Assembly (NCBI GenBank): GCA_004524535.1
Contig: SDNY01000005.1
Location: 1-58,566, forward strand
Length of the DNA stretch: 58,566 nucleotides
DNA from: Promethearchaeota archaeon
GTDB lineage: Archaea > Asgardarchaeota > Lokiarchaeia > Sigyniarchaeales > SOKP01
Reading direction: 5' to 3'
The notes beneath the pieces are model-generated. The model was not told the origin of the DNA. It saw only the letters and a list, made by a program, of their open reading frames with translations, and did not search any database. This document shows, piece after piece, positions 20,376-30,479 of the stretch (the first letter of the stretch is position 1; each line of letters begins with the position of its first letter). A program made the translations under genes and the position numbers.

Positions 20376-21740
20376 TCAATTAATTTCTTCTTCATTTTTA
20401 TTGAAAAAATTTTCTAATTTTTTTTTTCGATGGTTAAAGTTGGATTTTATTGCTACTTTGGAATTTATTGCCAATTTTCTCAATTTATTTCTCATGACTT
20501 TATCATAATGCGCTTCTCGTGCCAATTTTATGGCATCTAAATATCTTTTTGAATAGGATTTATCATATCCCATAAACCAACTGAATTCAATAGCATTTAA
20601 AATCTTTACATTATTCATATAGCGAATATTATGTGGAGTTTTTATATTACTCTTATTTGTTGATAAAAGGACTATAATAAGGAATCTTTCTTCACTCTGG
20701 TAGCCTTTTCGACATTTTTGCATTATTGTATCTTGGTCCGAGCCAGAATAATATTCCACAATTATGATTTTAATTTTTTTTGAAATAGTTATTATTCTTT
20801 GCTTTGATTCAATATTTTCTATGAAACTTCCCTTTCTTATAATAGCATTATCTATTCTTACTTCACTTTCAACAATATTAGGAAAAAATTCATAAAAAGC
20901 AAAACAATCTTTTGTTTTAGCAAATTGAAGAAAGATTAATTCTAAAATCCAGTGTATATTATATCCAATATCTTGTTCTATATCCTTCCTATGTGGAATT
21001 AATCCTAAGGATTCAATTAGTTCAATATAAGAAATTCCCTTACGATATAAAGCTAAAATAAAATCTCTATATCCATATTTCCTTAATTGCTTTGTGGATG
21101 GTGCTTCGTTTTTTCCAAAATTTAAAAATTTTCTTAATGTTTCTTTTTCCCTAAATGGTGAATTTATTATATTTAAAAATATTTTTTTAGCAGAGTTGAA
21201 ATCTAAAATATCCCATTTACCAGATTCCTTATTAATTTCTAGTCCAGCCTTCTTAATAATGTCAGAGTATTTGATATTTTTCTTTTTTAAAGCATGAATA
21301 AACTTAGAATAACCAAACTTTTTTAATTGATCTCTCGTTGGAGCCTCGTTATATTTCAGTTTTAAAAAATCTCTTAATGATTTTTTATTTTTAAAGGGTA
21401 AATTTAAAATTTTTAAAAGTTTATTTGCTGCTGTATCCACATTTAACCAATCCCATATACCACTTTCATGATTCGGAGTCAAACCTGCCGCCTTAATGAT
21501 ATCATTATACTTTATACCATTTCGGGAATAAGCAAATACGAATCCATTATAATTTTTTATATCATTTTCTACTAATTGTCTTTTAGTTGGTGCTTCTTTA
21601 TAATCCAAATCTAGTTTAATTCTTAATCCAGAGTTTAATATCTCTTTAAGAATTCGAGCAGCTTTATCAACCACTTTTTCATAAGATTTTGGATCCATCT
21701 TATCCCATTTTAAAATATTCCACTTTCTTTTTTGTAACAT
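20376..21740 (-). CDS. repeat-containing protein with putative C-terminal PD-(D/E)xK nuclease domain
   Basis: Three ~75-80-aa repeats (EAPT..QL.K.GY..F..A....I.Y..II..AGL); C-terminal RIDNAI...IVEYY. Confidence 0.6.
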   Translation of the reverse strand: MLQKRKWNILKWDKMDPKSYEKVVDKAARILKEILNSGLRIKLDLDYKEAPTKRQLVENDIKNYNGFVFAYSRNGIKYNDIIKAAGLTPNHESGIWDWLNVDTAANKLLKILNLPFKNKKSLRDFLKLKYNEAPTRDQLKKFGYSKFIHALKKKNIKYSDIIKKAGLEINKESGKWDILDFNSAKKIFLNIINSPFREKETLRKFLNFGKNEAPSTKQLRKYGYRDFILALYRKGISYIELIESLGLIPHRKDIEQDIGYNIHWILELIFLQFAKTKDCFAFYEFFPNIVESEVRIDNAIIRKGSFIENIESKQRIITISKKIKIIIVEYYSGSDQDTIMQKCRKGYQSEERFLIIVLLSTNKSNIKTPHNIRYMNNVKILNAIEFSWFMGYDKSYSKRYLDAIKLAREAHYDKVMRNKLRKLAINSKVAIKSNFNHRKKKLENFFNKNEEEIN

Positions 21741-21907
21741 AAACCCTAAATTTGAATTAAGTTATTTATGAAAATCTTCTTTAAATTAATTATTTAAAAA
21801 ATAATTTAATTATATTAAAAAATAAAAAGAGTGTAATAATTTGATAACTAAAAATTTTTAATTATCAAATAAGCATGTGGTTTCAAAAAATTTCAGTTTC
21901 TCAGACA

Positions 21908-21937
21908 TTCGGAATTCCCATTCCCTACATTATTTTT
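21908..21937 (+). repeat. degenerate copy of the tRNA-Leu(CAA) 3' end (att-like direct repeat of ~20333-20361)
   Basis: TTCGGAATTCCCATTCCCTACATTATTTTT versus TTCGAATCCCACTCCCTGCATTAATTTTT. Confidence 0.6.
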
Positions 21938-21948
21938 TCGAATGGTTT

Positions 21949-22266
21949 TTAAATAAAACCTCTCACCTTTCTGAAAAAAAAGATTAGTTCATTAATTAAT
22001 TTATTATCTAAATTTAATCGAATCTCTTTTTCTGGGTTTTTAGCATGAGTTTGTATTGGTTTTAAATCAACTAACCCTTCTTCAATTAATTTATCCACAA
22101 TTCTTTTTGAAGAAGAAGTTGATACACTCCCTATTTTTGCTAATTCTGAAATATTTAACCAATTAATTTCTTTTTGAAGGGCGTTTTCTAAGAGGATTTC
22201 TAAAATTTTCACTCTAACGCTTTTTCCAAAAATTTTAGTAAGAACAAAAGGCAATTTTTCACGCAT
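21949..22266 (-). CDS. winged helix-turn-helix protein
   Basis: IFGKSVRVKILEIL...NISELAKIGSVSTSSSKRIVDKLIEEGLV. Confidence 0.8.
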   Translation of the reverse strand: MREKLPFVLTKIFGKSVRVKILEILLENALQKEINWLNISELAKIGSVSTSSSKRIVDKLIEEGLVDLKPIQTHAKNPEKEIRLNLDNKLINELIFFFRKVRGFI

Positions 22267-22280
22267 ATTCTTCAGAAATT

Positions 22281-22643
22281 CTATTTCTTCACTATATTTT
22301 TTAAAATTTCATTTAAAAATTTTATTAATGGTTTTATAATTTCATCTTCTTTCTTTTTTATTTTTAAAAAGAGTAGCAGTAAAACTGGTGCTTTCAGGAT
22401 ATTTGAGGCCCTTTCGGATATAATTGTACTTAATAGTTTTTTATTCACTCCAAATAAATTATAAGAAGCAGCTGTTGATTTTAAACCGTCAATTAATGGA
22501 GGACTTGCTAAGGTCACACTTCCAATCCCCATATCTTTTTGATCAGAAATTAATAAAAGATAGCTTTTATGTAATTTATAAAGTGTTAAATAAATCTTTA
22601 TATCCCCTATAGTTATATCTCTTTCAATTAAATTTTTCATCAT
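22281..22643 (-). CDS. putative proteasome assembly chaperone PAC4-like protein
   Basis: Size and pattern (SYLLLISD..MGIGSVTLASP...LFG...ISERAS..LKAPVLL) resemble PAC3/PAC4. Confidence 0.5.
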   Translation of the reverse strand: MMKNLIERDITIGDIKIYLTLYKLHKSYLLLISDQKDMGIGSVTLASPPLIDGLKSTAASYNLFGVNKKLLSTIISERASNILKAPVLLLLFLKIKKKEDEIIKPLIKFLNEILKNIVKK

Positions 22644-22686
22644 TATGAGAGCTTTTTTTATTTTAATAATAAAAAGAAAGATGGCG

Positions 22687-23490
22687 TTAGAGTTTTACCT
22701 CTTTCATCGCTTCCTCCACATTATAATTTTTATGAACAATCAAGCAAAGTGCTCTTACGACTTTGGTTGAATCTTCGGATTGGAAGACATTTCTTCCATA
22801 TGCTACCCCAGATCCTCCAACTTCTATCGATTGTTTAGTTATTTCCAAGATACCTTTAATATCAGACTTTTCTCCTCCTGCAATAATTACTGGAGCCATA
22901 CAACCATTAACTACTTCTTTAAAAGAATCAGGATCCCCCGTCCAGTTAGTTTTTACGATATCCGCACCTAATTCAGCAGCAACTCTTGCGGCAATCTTAA
23001 CAACCTCAACATCGTATTCATCTTCTATATTTTCTCCTCGCGGGTACATCATGGCTAGCAGCGGCATTCCAAATTCTCTGCATTCTCTCGAAACTCTACC
23101 TAGTGTTTCAAGCATCTCTGGATCTGATTTTGTTCCAACATTTATGTGAAGTGATACTCCATCAGCCCCTAATTTGACAGCCTCCAAGACAGTATTCACT
23201 AACACTTTATAATTCGAATCAGGGCTTAATGATGTAGAACCGGATAAGTGCAATATCAATCCGATATCGGGACCATATCCTCTATGTGCATAAAGAGGAA
23301 TTCCAATATGACCCAAAACAGCATTCGCACCTCCTAAAGCAATTTTATTTACCGTCTCTCCTAAATTTTTTTCAATCCCTTTGATTGGCCCTACAGTTAA
23401 TCCATGATCCATAGGAACAATAATTGTCTTGTTAGTCTCCCTATTCATAATTCTTTCCATTCGAATTCTTTTACCGATATATCCCGAAAT
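22687..23490 (-). CDS. aroA': DhnA-type class I aldolase, likely 2-amino-3,7-dideoxy-D-threo-hept-6-ulosonate synthase (probable ATT start)
   Basis: VPMDHG, HLSGST, AMMYPRG, ELGADIVKT, GRNVFQ; conserved GKRIR lies upstream of the ATG at 23460. Confidence 0.85.
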   Translation of the reverse strand: MSGYIGKRIRMERIMNRETNKTIIVPMDHGLTVGPIKGIEKNLGETVNKIALGGANAVLGHIGIPLYAHRGYGPDIGLILHLSGSTSLSPDSNYKVLVNTVLEAVKLGADGVSLHINVGTKSDPEMLETLGRVSRECREFGMPLLAMMYPRGENIEDEYDVEVVKIAARVAAELGADIVKTNWTGDPDSFKEVVNGCMAPVIIAGGEKSDIKGILEITKQSIEVGGSGVAYGRNVFQSEDSTKVVRALCLIVHKNYNVEEAMKEVKL

Positions 23491-23595
23491 ATTTAATTCA
23501 CTTCCTATTTTTGCAATGCTTTTAAAATTTAATTTTACTTAAATATTATAATTAATAAGTAGTTCAATCAAAATATTAAGTCTTAGGAATTCTTA

Positions 23596-23826
23596 ATGTC
23601 TGAAATTGAAACAAATAAAGAAATCAAAACTGATGTGAAGTTATCTTTATGTTATAACTGTGGAATAGAGATCAAATATATCGGTCTTAAACGATGCCCT
23701 AATTGCAAAGTGATTTTAGACCCTAATAATTACATTAATTGGAGATATAGTTTTTTAGCCTTTCTCTGTATACTTTGCTTAGTTCCAGTTTTAGTTGCTA
23801 TTCTAATTACCATATTTCATAATTAA
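23596..23826 (+). CDS. small Zn-ribbon membrane protein
   Basis: CYNCG...CPNC plus C-terminal TM helix. Confidence 0.7.
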   Translation: MSEIETNKEIKTDVKLSLCYNCGIEIKYIGLKRCPNCKVILDPNNYINWRYSFLAFLCILCLVPVLVAILITIFHN

Positions 23827-23894
23827 GAGAGTATTTAAAAAAAAAGTTAAATTTAGAATTTAATTTAAAGAAGAATTTATGCTGAATACGTGAA

Positions 23895-24977
23895 TTATAA
23901 CGGAAAATACCCTGGAAATTCTAGACCTGAGGTTTCAGGAAAACCAAACATTATATTCATGCATTGAATAGCATTTCCCGCAGCTCCTTTGACTAAATTA
24001 TCAAGAGCACATAATACTACTATTCTATTGATATGTTCGTCTAGTTGAAAACCAACATCACAATAATTTGTGCCGATAATTAATTTAGGATCTGGTAACC
24101 TGAATATTCCCACCTTTTGATTAATTAGACGTACAAATGGTTCCTCATGGTATGCAGTTCTATATGCTTTAAACAAAATTTTTTCGCTTACATCCGTAGA
24201 ATCATCGTAAAACACATGGGAAGTAGATAAAATCCCTCTAACTAAATTTACTCCATGAGCAGAAAAACCAACTTTAACCTGCTCGTTTTGTAACTTATTA
24301 GATTTTAAAATTAAAGTTAATTCTTGTTCAATTTCAGCCGTATGACGATGACCTGTCATTTTATATGGACGGATACTATTTGCTCTAATAGGATGATGAG
24401 AACCCTCGTTAGCAACCGCTCCAGAACCAGAAGATCCGGTTTTTGAATCAACAATAATATTATTAGTTTGAATTATCCCTTCTTTAATTAAAGGATATAA
24501 AGCATAAATTGCACTTGAAGATTGGCAACCTGCGACGGCTACTAAATTAGCTGTTTTAATTTCTTCTCTATGAAGCTCTGGTAAACCATAAACCGTATTT
24601 TTGGATTTAAGTAATTCTGGATGAGAATGCGTTTTTTTATAGTACTCTTTATAAATCTTATCATCTTTTATTCTAAAATCCGCGCTTAAATCAATAACTT
24701 TCAAACCCACTTCTAATAATTCTGGAACCATGTCTTGTGAAACTCCATGAGGTACTGCTAAAAAAACAACGTCACATTTTTCTTTTACTTTGGCTATATT
24801 ATATTCCTCAAATTTTAGAGTTGATATATTCCTTAAATTTGGATAAACAGAATGAAAATATTTTGAAATTAATCTACGCGAGGTAATATAATTTAAATTA
24901 ACTTTTGGATGAGACAATAATAATCTTACTGTTTCTCCACCTGTATAACCACTTGCGGCGATAACACCAACTTCCAT
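23895..24977 (-). CDS. argC: N-acetyl-gamma-glutamyl-phosphate reductase (ArgC/LysY)
   Basis: ASGYTGGE, IDLSADFR, YGLPE, HRHTAEI, DNLVKGAAGNAIQ. Confidence 0.95.
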   Translation of the reverse strand: MEVGVIAASGYTGGETVRLLLSHPKVNLNYITSRRLISKYFHSVYPNLRNISTLKFEEYNIAKVKEKCDVVFLAVPHGVSQDMVPELLEVGLKVIDLSADFRIKDDKIYKEYYKKTHSHPELLKSKNTVYGLPELHREEIKTANLVAVAGCQSSSAIYALYPLIKEGIIQTNNIIVDSKTGSSGSGAVANEGSHHPIRANSIRPYKMTGHRHTAEIEQELTLILKSNKLQNEQVKVGFSAHGVNLVRGILSTSHVFYDDSTDVSEKILFKAYRTAYHEEPFVRLINQKVGIFRLPDPKLIIGTNYCDVGFQLDEHINRIVVLCALDNLVKGAAGNAIQCMNIMFGFPETSGLEFPGYFPL

Positions 24978-25106
24978 AATCATCAATAATTGCAAAAGGA
25001 TTATAAATTTACCTTAAAATTATTGAATTATTAAATTGAGATAAAAATAGGTTTGAAATTTCGATGATAAGATCTTTAGAAATTAATTCATTATTCTCAA
25101 TAGTAT

Positions 25107-25709
25107 TTAAACGCCGAAAATTTGTCTTAATTCAGCGTAAATTTTTGACAACTCAGAAATTATTTGAGCATTATTTTGCTGAAGATAATAATTAATATAG
25201 CCCGAAAGTCCTTCAGAATCTTTGATCCAGTCTAAAAAAGCTTGAATTTCACTTTTTAATTGGGGATCTACTGACGCTGCGGCTGCAGCTGGACCAGGTC
25301 CTCCTCTACCCAATTGAGCATTTGCATCCAAATACGGACCAGTGGAGCTTATAGTTCCTAAACACCTTGCCGTATCCATATAAGCAACATTCATAGATCC
25401 GTCAGGCTCTACATATGCAATTATTTTATGTTCTTCGTCTTTCGCACCTACTATATGCCCTTCCCCTCTAATTGAAGTAGCCACTAATCGTTCAGTTGTA
25501 CATTGTAATAAAGAATATTTTACCCCTGAAATCATAATAAATTGAGCATTCATGGAGGCCCAACTTGATACAACCCTCCCGACATCCGCACTAATGTCCC
25601 AGTTATCTGTAGAATAAATAAGATCCTTTCCCCTTAAAACAGCAACTGCAATAATAGTAGGTTCAGATTGCATTAAATTATATACTGCCGTTTCGGGATC
25701 TAATGGCAT
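25107..25709 (-). CDS. Asgard profilin-like protein with C-terminal helical extension
   Basis: YSTDNWDIS, ISGVKYSLLQCTTERLVATSIRGEGHI, IAYVEP match the Loki profilin pattern as I recall it. Confidence 0.8.
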   Translation of the reverse strand: MPLDPETAVYNLMQSEPTIIAVAVLRGKDLIYSTDNWDISADVGRVVSSWASMNAQFIMISGVKYSLLQCTTERLVATSIRGEGHIVGAKDEEHKIIAYVEPDGSMNVAYMDTARCLGTISSTGPYLDANAQLGRGGPGPAAAAASVDPQLKSEIQAFLDWIKDSEGLSGYINYYLQQNNAQIISELSKIYAELRQIFGV

Positions 25710-25813
25710 ATTATTATTTCCTTATTCTATATTATTATTTTTAATAAAAAATTTTGATAATAAAGTTTAGTATAATATTTATATATAGGTAATTATTAAA
25801 AATTTATTGCAAA

Positions 25814-26278
25814 TTATAGGTTTCTTTTCTTAATAGTAATTCTTCCAAATTTCGGTTTGAAATTTGATTTTTTCTCACTTTTTTTTGGAAAGACTTCTTC
25901 TAAGGATCTACTTTTAAATATGAGTTTATTTTCAAAATATTGTTTGTGTAAAGGATCTAACTTTCTTAATTCATTCAAATGAGAATCCAAATCAACCGTA
26001 GTTTTGAAGTGTTTCCCACATACAGTGCAATATAATTTCTCTTCTTTGAATAGTTTCTCAGGTGGTTTAACTATAACAGGAAATTTATTTTTTCTATTTA
26101 GAATTTCTTTTTTACAGATATGTCTTATTAATTTCCCATATACAGGATAGTTGAAAAATAATTTAGATCCATGCGTACATTCCCAATAAAACACATCTTC
26201 TTTACATTTTGGACATTTTGTTGGAAAGCTACGAAGCACACAATGTTTTCCATGACTTTTATAAAGCCGAAACATCAT
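25814..26278 (-). CDS. zinc-finger protein
   Basis: CPKC, CTHG, CTVCGKHF...LDSH. Confidence 0.7.
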   Translation of the reverse strand: MMFRLYKSHGKHCVLRSFPTKCPKCKEDVFYWECTHGSKLFFNYPVYGKLIRHICKKEILNRKNKFPVIVKPPEKLFKEEKLYCTVCGKHFKTTVDLDSHLNELRKLDPLHKQYFENKLIFKSRSLEEVFPKKSEKKSNFKPKFGRITIKKRNL

Positions 26279-26517
26279 AATAAAAGAAAAAGAATATCTA
26301 TTAAAATATTATGATTAAAAAATACAAATTCAATTTTAAATTTCTTGTTATATTGCCCGACAAAAATAAACTATTTAAAGATTTACTTCAAATTATAAAA
26401 AAATTATTTAGTCAAACTTAATATTATTAACTGGAAAACTATAAAAACGCAAATATTTAAATGTTTAAACTTAATTATAGAACATAAAGATTAGATTTTT
26501 TTTGAGAAGATGTATTT

Positions 26518-27441
26518 ATGCCAGAAAAAGATTTAAATTTATGCACAGAATGTGGCAATAAAAATTTAATTTCAGATGATTCTCGAGGGGAAATCATTTG
26601 TAATAATTGTGGTTTAGTTATAACTCAAAAAAGAATAGATTCTGGTCCCGAATGGAGGGCATTTTCTTCTGAAGAAGCAAGTAGAAAAGTTAGAGTAGGT
26701 GCGCCAACAACTCTCACTTTACATGACAAAGGACTAAGTACAATGATTGGATGGAAAAATAAAGACGCATTTGGAAAAATTATTAGTCCAAAAATGAAGG
26801 CCGAAGTATATCGATTAAGAAAATGGCATGTTAGAACAAGAACAAATAAGTCTATTGATAGAAATTTGGCATATGCCATGAATGAATTAGATAGATTTTC
26901 TTCTCAATTGAATTTATCGAAAGATTTAAAAGAATCATCAGCTCATATTTATCGAAAAATGGCTAACAAGAATTTAATTAGAGGGAGATCTATTGAAGCA
27001 ATGTTAATTGCATCTATTTACGCAGCATGCAGATTGAATTTTATTCCTAAGACATTAGATGATTTTATAGAATTTGCATGTGTAGATAAAAAAAAAATTG
27101 CTCGCTGTTATAGATTAATTCTAAATGAGCTTAGAATAAATATTCAGGTATCTTCTCCAATAAATTTTATTCCAAGATTTTGTGCTGAATTAAATCTTTC
27201 CGGAAGTACGCAAAATAGGGCGGCAGAAATATTAAAGTTAGCCAATAAATTTCGTATTACTGCTGGAAAAGCTCCAACAGGTCTTGCAGGAGCGGCTTTA
27301 TATGTTGCTGCAATACAAGAGGGTGAACGCCGTACCCAAAAAGAAATTTCTATAACTGCGGGTGTAACTGAGGCTACTATTCGCAATCGCTACAAGGAAC
27401 TCGTTAACCAATTAAAATTACAATCTCAGATAATATCATAA
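26518..27441 (+). CDS. tfb: transcription initiation factor IIB
   Basis: Zn ribbon, GPEWRAF, HDKGLST, two cyclin repeats, VTEATIRNRYKEL. Confidence 0.98.
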   Translation: MPEKDLNLCTECGNKNLISDDSRGEIICNNCGLVITQKRIDSGPEWRAFSSEEASRKVRVGAPTTLTLHDKGLSTMIGWKNKDAFGKIISPKMKAEVYRLRKWHVRTRTNKSIDRNLAYAMNELDRFSSQLNLSKDLKESSAHIYRKMANKNLIRGRSIEAMLIASIYAACRLNFIPKTLDDFIEFACVDKKKIARCYRLILNELRINIQVSSPINFIPRFCAELNLSGSTQNRAAEILKLANKFRITAGKAPTGLAGAALYVAAIQEGERRTQKEISITAGVTEATIRNRYKELVNQLKLQSQIIS

Positions 27442-27573
27442 CTCTTTTTATAATTCAAGGTTAAATTTAATTATTTAATTAGATGGTTAAAATTAAAAAT
27501 TTAAAGGATAAAATCAAAAAATTTAATTCTTTTTGAAGATTAAATATATCATTAGAAAAAGAAAATATTTGAT

Positions 27574-27732
27574 GTGATTATAATTAAGTATGTTTGTGCA
27601 AGAAAAACTTGCGGGAAAGAAGTGACCAAGAAAGAACTGAGCGCATTGCCAGGGATCAAATGTTCACATTGTGGATTCCGAATTCTTTATAAAAAACGCC
27701 CCGATATTATTAAAAGGATTAAAGTGCAATAA
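27574..27732 (+). CDS. rpoP: RNA polymerase subunit P (Rpo12); absent from the ORF track
   Basis: KYVCARKTCGKEV...LPGIKCSHCGFRILYKKRP..IKRIKV; exact start uncertain. Confidence 0.92.
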   Translation: MIIIKYVCARKTCGKEVTKKELSALPGIKCSHCGFRILYKKRPDIIKRIKVQ

Positions 27733-27791
27733 TTTCTGACTTTTTAAAATATTATATAAGAAATAAAAGAATAAAAGAAAATATAAAATTT

Positions 27792-28604
27792 TTAAATATA
27801 TAAAGACTTCCGTTTATCTTCAGCATTATCTACTACTTGGAAAGTATTGAGATCTTTTTCTATTTGTTCTCTTTTATTTTGAAGCTTTTTCGTAATATCT
27901 TCAATATTATCAAGGGAATATTTATTATTAATCGGTAAATCAAACGATTTCTTAATCATATCTAAAAGTGTAATAGATGCTCTTAAATCAGTAATATCTT
28001 CATTAATCATAGCAACATTATCTGTTTCTCCTAAAAAAACTAAACCATCAATCTTAAATCGTGCTTTTGCTAAGGTAGGAATTAAACCATTTGCACCTAT
28101 AATGACTCCTTTTTGAATTTTCTCGCAAGAGTTATTAATCAAGAATTTAGAAAGTAATTCACGATTTGTTGAAGTAATAAATATTTTCGGAACTTTAGAA
28201 TTGATATTTTGACCACTTACCGGAAAGGCCCCCAATGCAATTATTAATTTGACGCCGCATTGAGCTATAATTTTAGTAAGAAAATTAGAAATTTTATAAA
28301 TTCCCTTCGGAGTTAGAGATTGAGCATCGGCGGTTATTAATAGAATGTCTCTGACCTTATTTGGATCTTTCCAAATTAAAATTTCTGCTTTCGGGGCAGC
28401 TAATAGACTATCATCAACAATAGCACCTGCGGGATACTCATCAAAAATAATATCCATATAATTTTGGGCTTTTAATTGACCAATTAAGGAATCTAAAGCA
28501 AATTTGCCAACATCAGCTATACCAGGCATTCCTATAATACAAATAGGATTATGAAAATCTCTCTCTGAAAAATCTAAATGTTTAATTATCCTAATTCCAT
28601 CCAT
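27792..28604 (-). CDS. PAC2-family proteasome assembly chaperone
   Basis: GMPGIADVGK, IIALGAF, GVIIGANGLI, LGET, C-terminal LYI (HbYX). Confidence 0.88.
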   Translation of the reverse strand: MDGIRIIKHLDFSERDFHNPICIIGMPGIADVGKFALDSLIGQLKAQNYMDIIFDEYPAGAIVDDSLLAAPKAEILIWKDPNKVRDILLITADAQSLTPKGIYKISNFLTKIIAQCGVKLIIALGAFPVSGQNINSKVPKIFITSTNRELLSKFLINNSCEKIQKGVIIGANGLIPTLAKARFKIDGLVFLGETDNVAMINEDITDLRASITLLDMIKKSFDLPINNKYSLDNIEDITKKLQNKREQIEKDLNTFQVVDNAEDKRKSLYI

Positions 28605-28797
28605 AATCTATACCTTCATATTTAAAAAATAGTTTTTCGGTATAGAATTAGATTTATTTTTTTTACTTAATAAAACAAATGTTATCTATATAGACATAAG
28701 AATTATCGATTTATTATTGTATTGAGCAATATTTAGATAATATTGATAATAATTTAACATTGATAAAAATAGAAATGTAATCTTCATTTGAAAGATA

Positions 28798-29409
28798 ATG
28801 AAATATATTTGTCAAAAGTGTGGAACTTGTTGCCACGAAGTAGAAGGGAAAGAGCTTGGATATATAAAAAGAATACCTTTATATCCTGAAGAAGTAGATA
28901 GATTGATAAATATAGCAAAAGAGAGAGAGATAACATTCAGAGTAATCGAGGATTTAGTGTTTCCTGATATTGATAATAAAAAAATCTATGTTGTGACATA
29001 TAGGATCTTGTTAGATAACGAAAATCAATGCTGCCCGTTTTATAGCAATGATAAAGGATGTTCTATTCAAAATATTAAACCCTTAGCATGTCAAGCTTAT
29101 CCACTAGCTTTAAAACATATCGATGCCTTTAATTTTCAAATATCAATTGATCCGTTATGTAATTTCGTAGTTGATGAATATGAAGACCTAAAAAAATCAG
29201 ATTTAGAGAAATTAAAAGAAATATTTGTGTACGAATATCCAAAAGCAGAAAAATTTTATCGAAAAAACAAAAAGCTGATGTTTAAAATTAGGCAATTGGA
29301 ATTTGAAAAAAAAATCAAGATTACCAGAGATATTTCAATTGACGATTTTAATAAAGCATTAAAGGAATGGGATAGAAAAGAAATTAAAGTTGGAAAAGAG
29401 AAGAGTTAG
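28798..29409 (+). CDS. YkgJ/CxxCxxCC cysteine-cluster protein
   Basis: CQKCGTCC, CPFY...CSI..IKPLACQAYP. Confidence 0.88.
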   Translation: MKYICQKCGTCCHEVEGKELGYIKRIPLYPEEVDRLINIAKEREITFRVIEDLVFPDIDNKKIYVVTYRILLDNENQCCPFYSNDKGCSIQNIKPLACQAYPLALKHIDAFNFQISIDPLCNFVVDEYEDLKKSDLEKLKEIFVYEYPKAEKFYRKNKKLMFKIRQLEFEKKIKITRDISIDDFNKALKEWDRKEIKVGKEKS

Positions 29410-30049
29410 GATTACAAACAAATTTATATCATTATTATCGGGAGGATTGGACAGTCCAATTGCAGCTTATTTAATGATTAAAAAAAGTTATACACCTGTT
29501 TTTTTAACGTTTCTGACCTCTGATGATGAAGAATATACTTTAAAAAAAAAAGTAATTAAAATAGTTCAAACTTTAGTTAAATATGCAAAAACTAATATAA
29601 AGACATATTTCATTAACCATGATCCTAATTTAGAGATATTTAAAAAAACTTGTGAACGAAAATTAACATGTATATTATGTAAAAGATTAATGATCAGAAT
29701 AGCAAAAGAAATTGGTAAAATAGAAAAAACTAATATCATAGTGACTGGAGATATATTAGGAGAACAAGCTAGTCAGACGCTTGATAATCTTTTTGCATAT
29801 AATGACCTTTTAGAAAATTTTGTTCTTCTTAGACCTCTTATTGGACAAGATAAACTTGATATAATTAAATTGAATGAAAAAATTGGATTATATGAAATAA
29901 CATCTCAAGGTTCTGCTGGATGTCAATTTAATCCTCAATTTCCAGAGACGCACGCCAAACCTAATGAAATTAAAGGAGAAGAATTGCTTATTAATTACGA
30001 TGATCTTATCAAAAAATCAATAGAAAAAGCTGAGATTTTATTCTTTTAA
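29390..30049 (+). CDS. thiI: ThiI-like PP-loop sulfurtransferase, catalytic domain only
   Basis: LLSGGLDSPIAA, CKRLM, TGDILGEQASQTLDN, RPLIG.DK; no THUMP domain. Confidence 0.85.
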   Translation: MEKRRVRITNKFISLLSGGLDSPIAAYLMIKKSYTPVFLTFLTSDDEEYTLKKKVIKIVQTLVKYAKTNIKTYFINHDPNLEIFKKTCERKLTCILCKRLMIRIAKEIGKIEKTNIIVTGDILGEQASQTLDNLFAYNDLLENFVLLRPLIGQDKLDIIKLNEKIGLYEITSQGSAGCQFNPQFPETHAKPNEIKGEELLINYDDLIKKSIEKAEILFF

Positions 30050-30430
30050 CTTTAATTCTTGAATAAATTTTTTAAACTCAATATCTTTAATTTCAATTTC
30101 ATGATAATTATTTAAAGCTTCACATATAGTTTGGGCTAATAGATGTTTACAAAATATTCTTTTTTTTTTAACTACAACATTTTTATAGAAATCTTGACAA
30201 GAACAATACAATTTAGGATATATTAAGTATTCATCATTTTCTCCCATAGCAGTCCATACAGTTCTATTTGATGGTTTATAAATATTTTTTTTAATGCCTC
30301 TTTTTATAACTTCTAAAGCATCTTGAGATTTGTTTGGAAAAATGGTTTCTAAATATTTTATTAAATCTTTATTAATTATTCCACTTTCCTTCACGCGCTT
30401 ATAAACATATAATAGTAAATCTTTTGACAT
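30038..30430 (-). CDS. SWIM zinc-finger protein
   Basis: YCSCQDF...CKHLLA. Confidence 0.88.
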   Translation of the reverse strand: MSKDLLLYVYKRVKESGIINKDLIKYLETIFPNKSQDALEVIKRGIKKNIYKPSNRTVWTAMGENDEYLIYPKLYCSCQDFYKNVVVKKKRIFCKHLLAQTICEALNNYHEIEIKDIEFKKFIQELKLKE

Positions 30431-30479
30431 TTGAATTAAATAATAAAATTATAATATAAAAATATAAAGGATTAATCTT

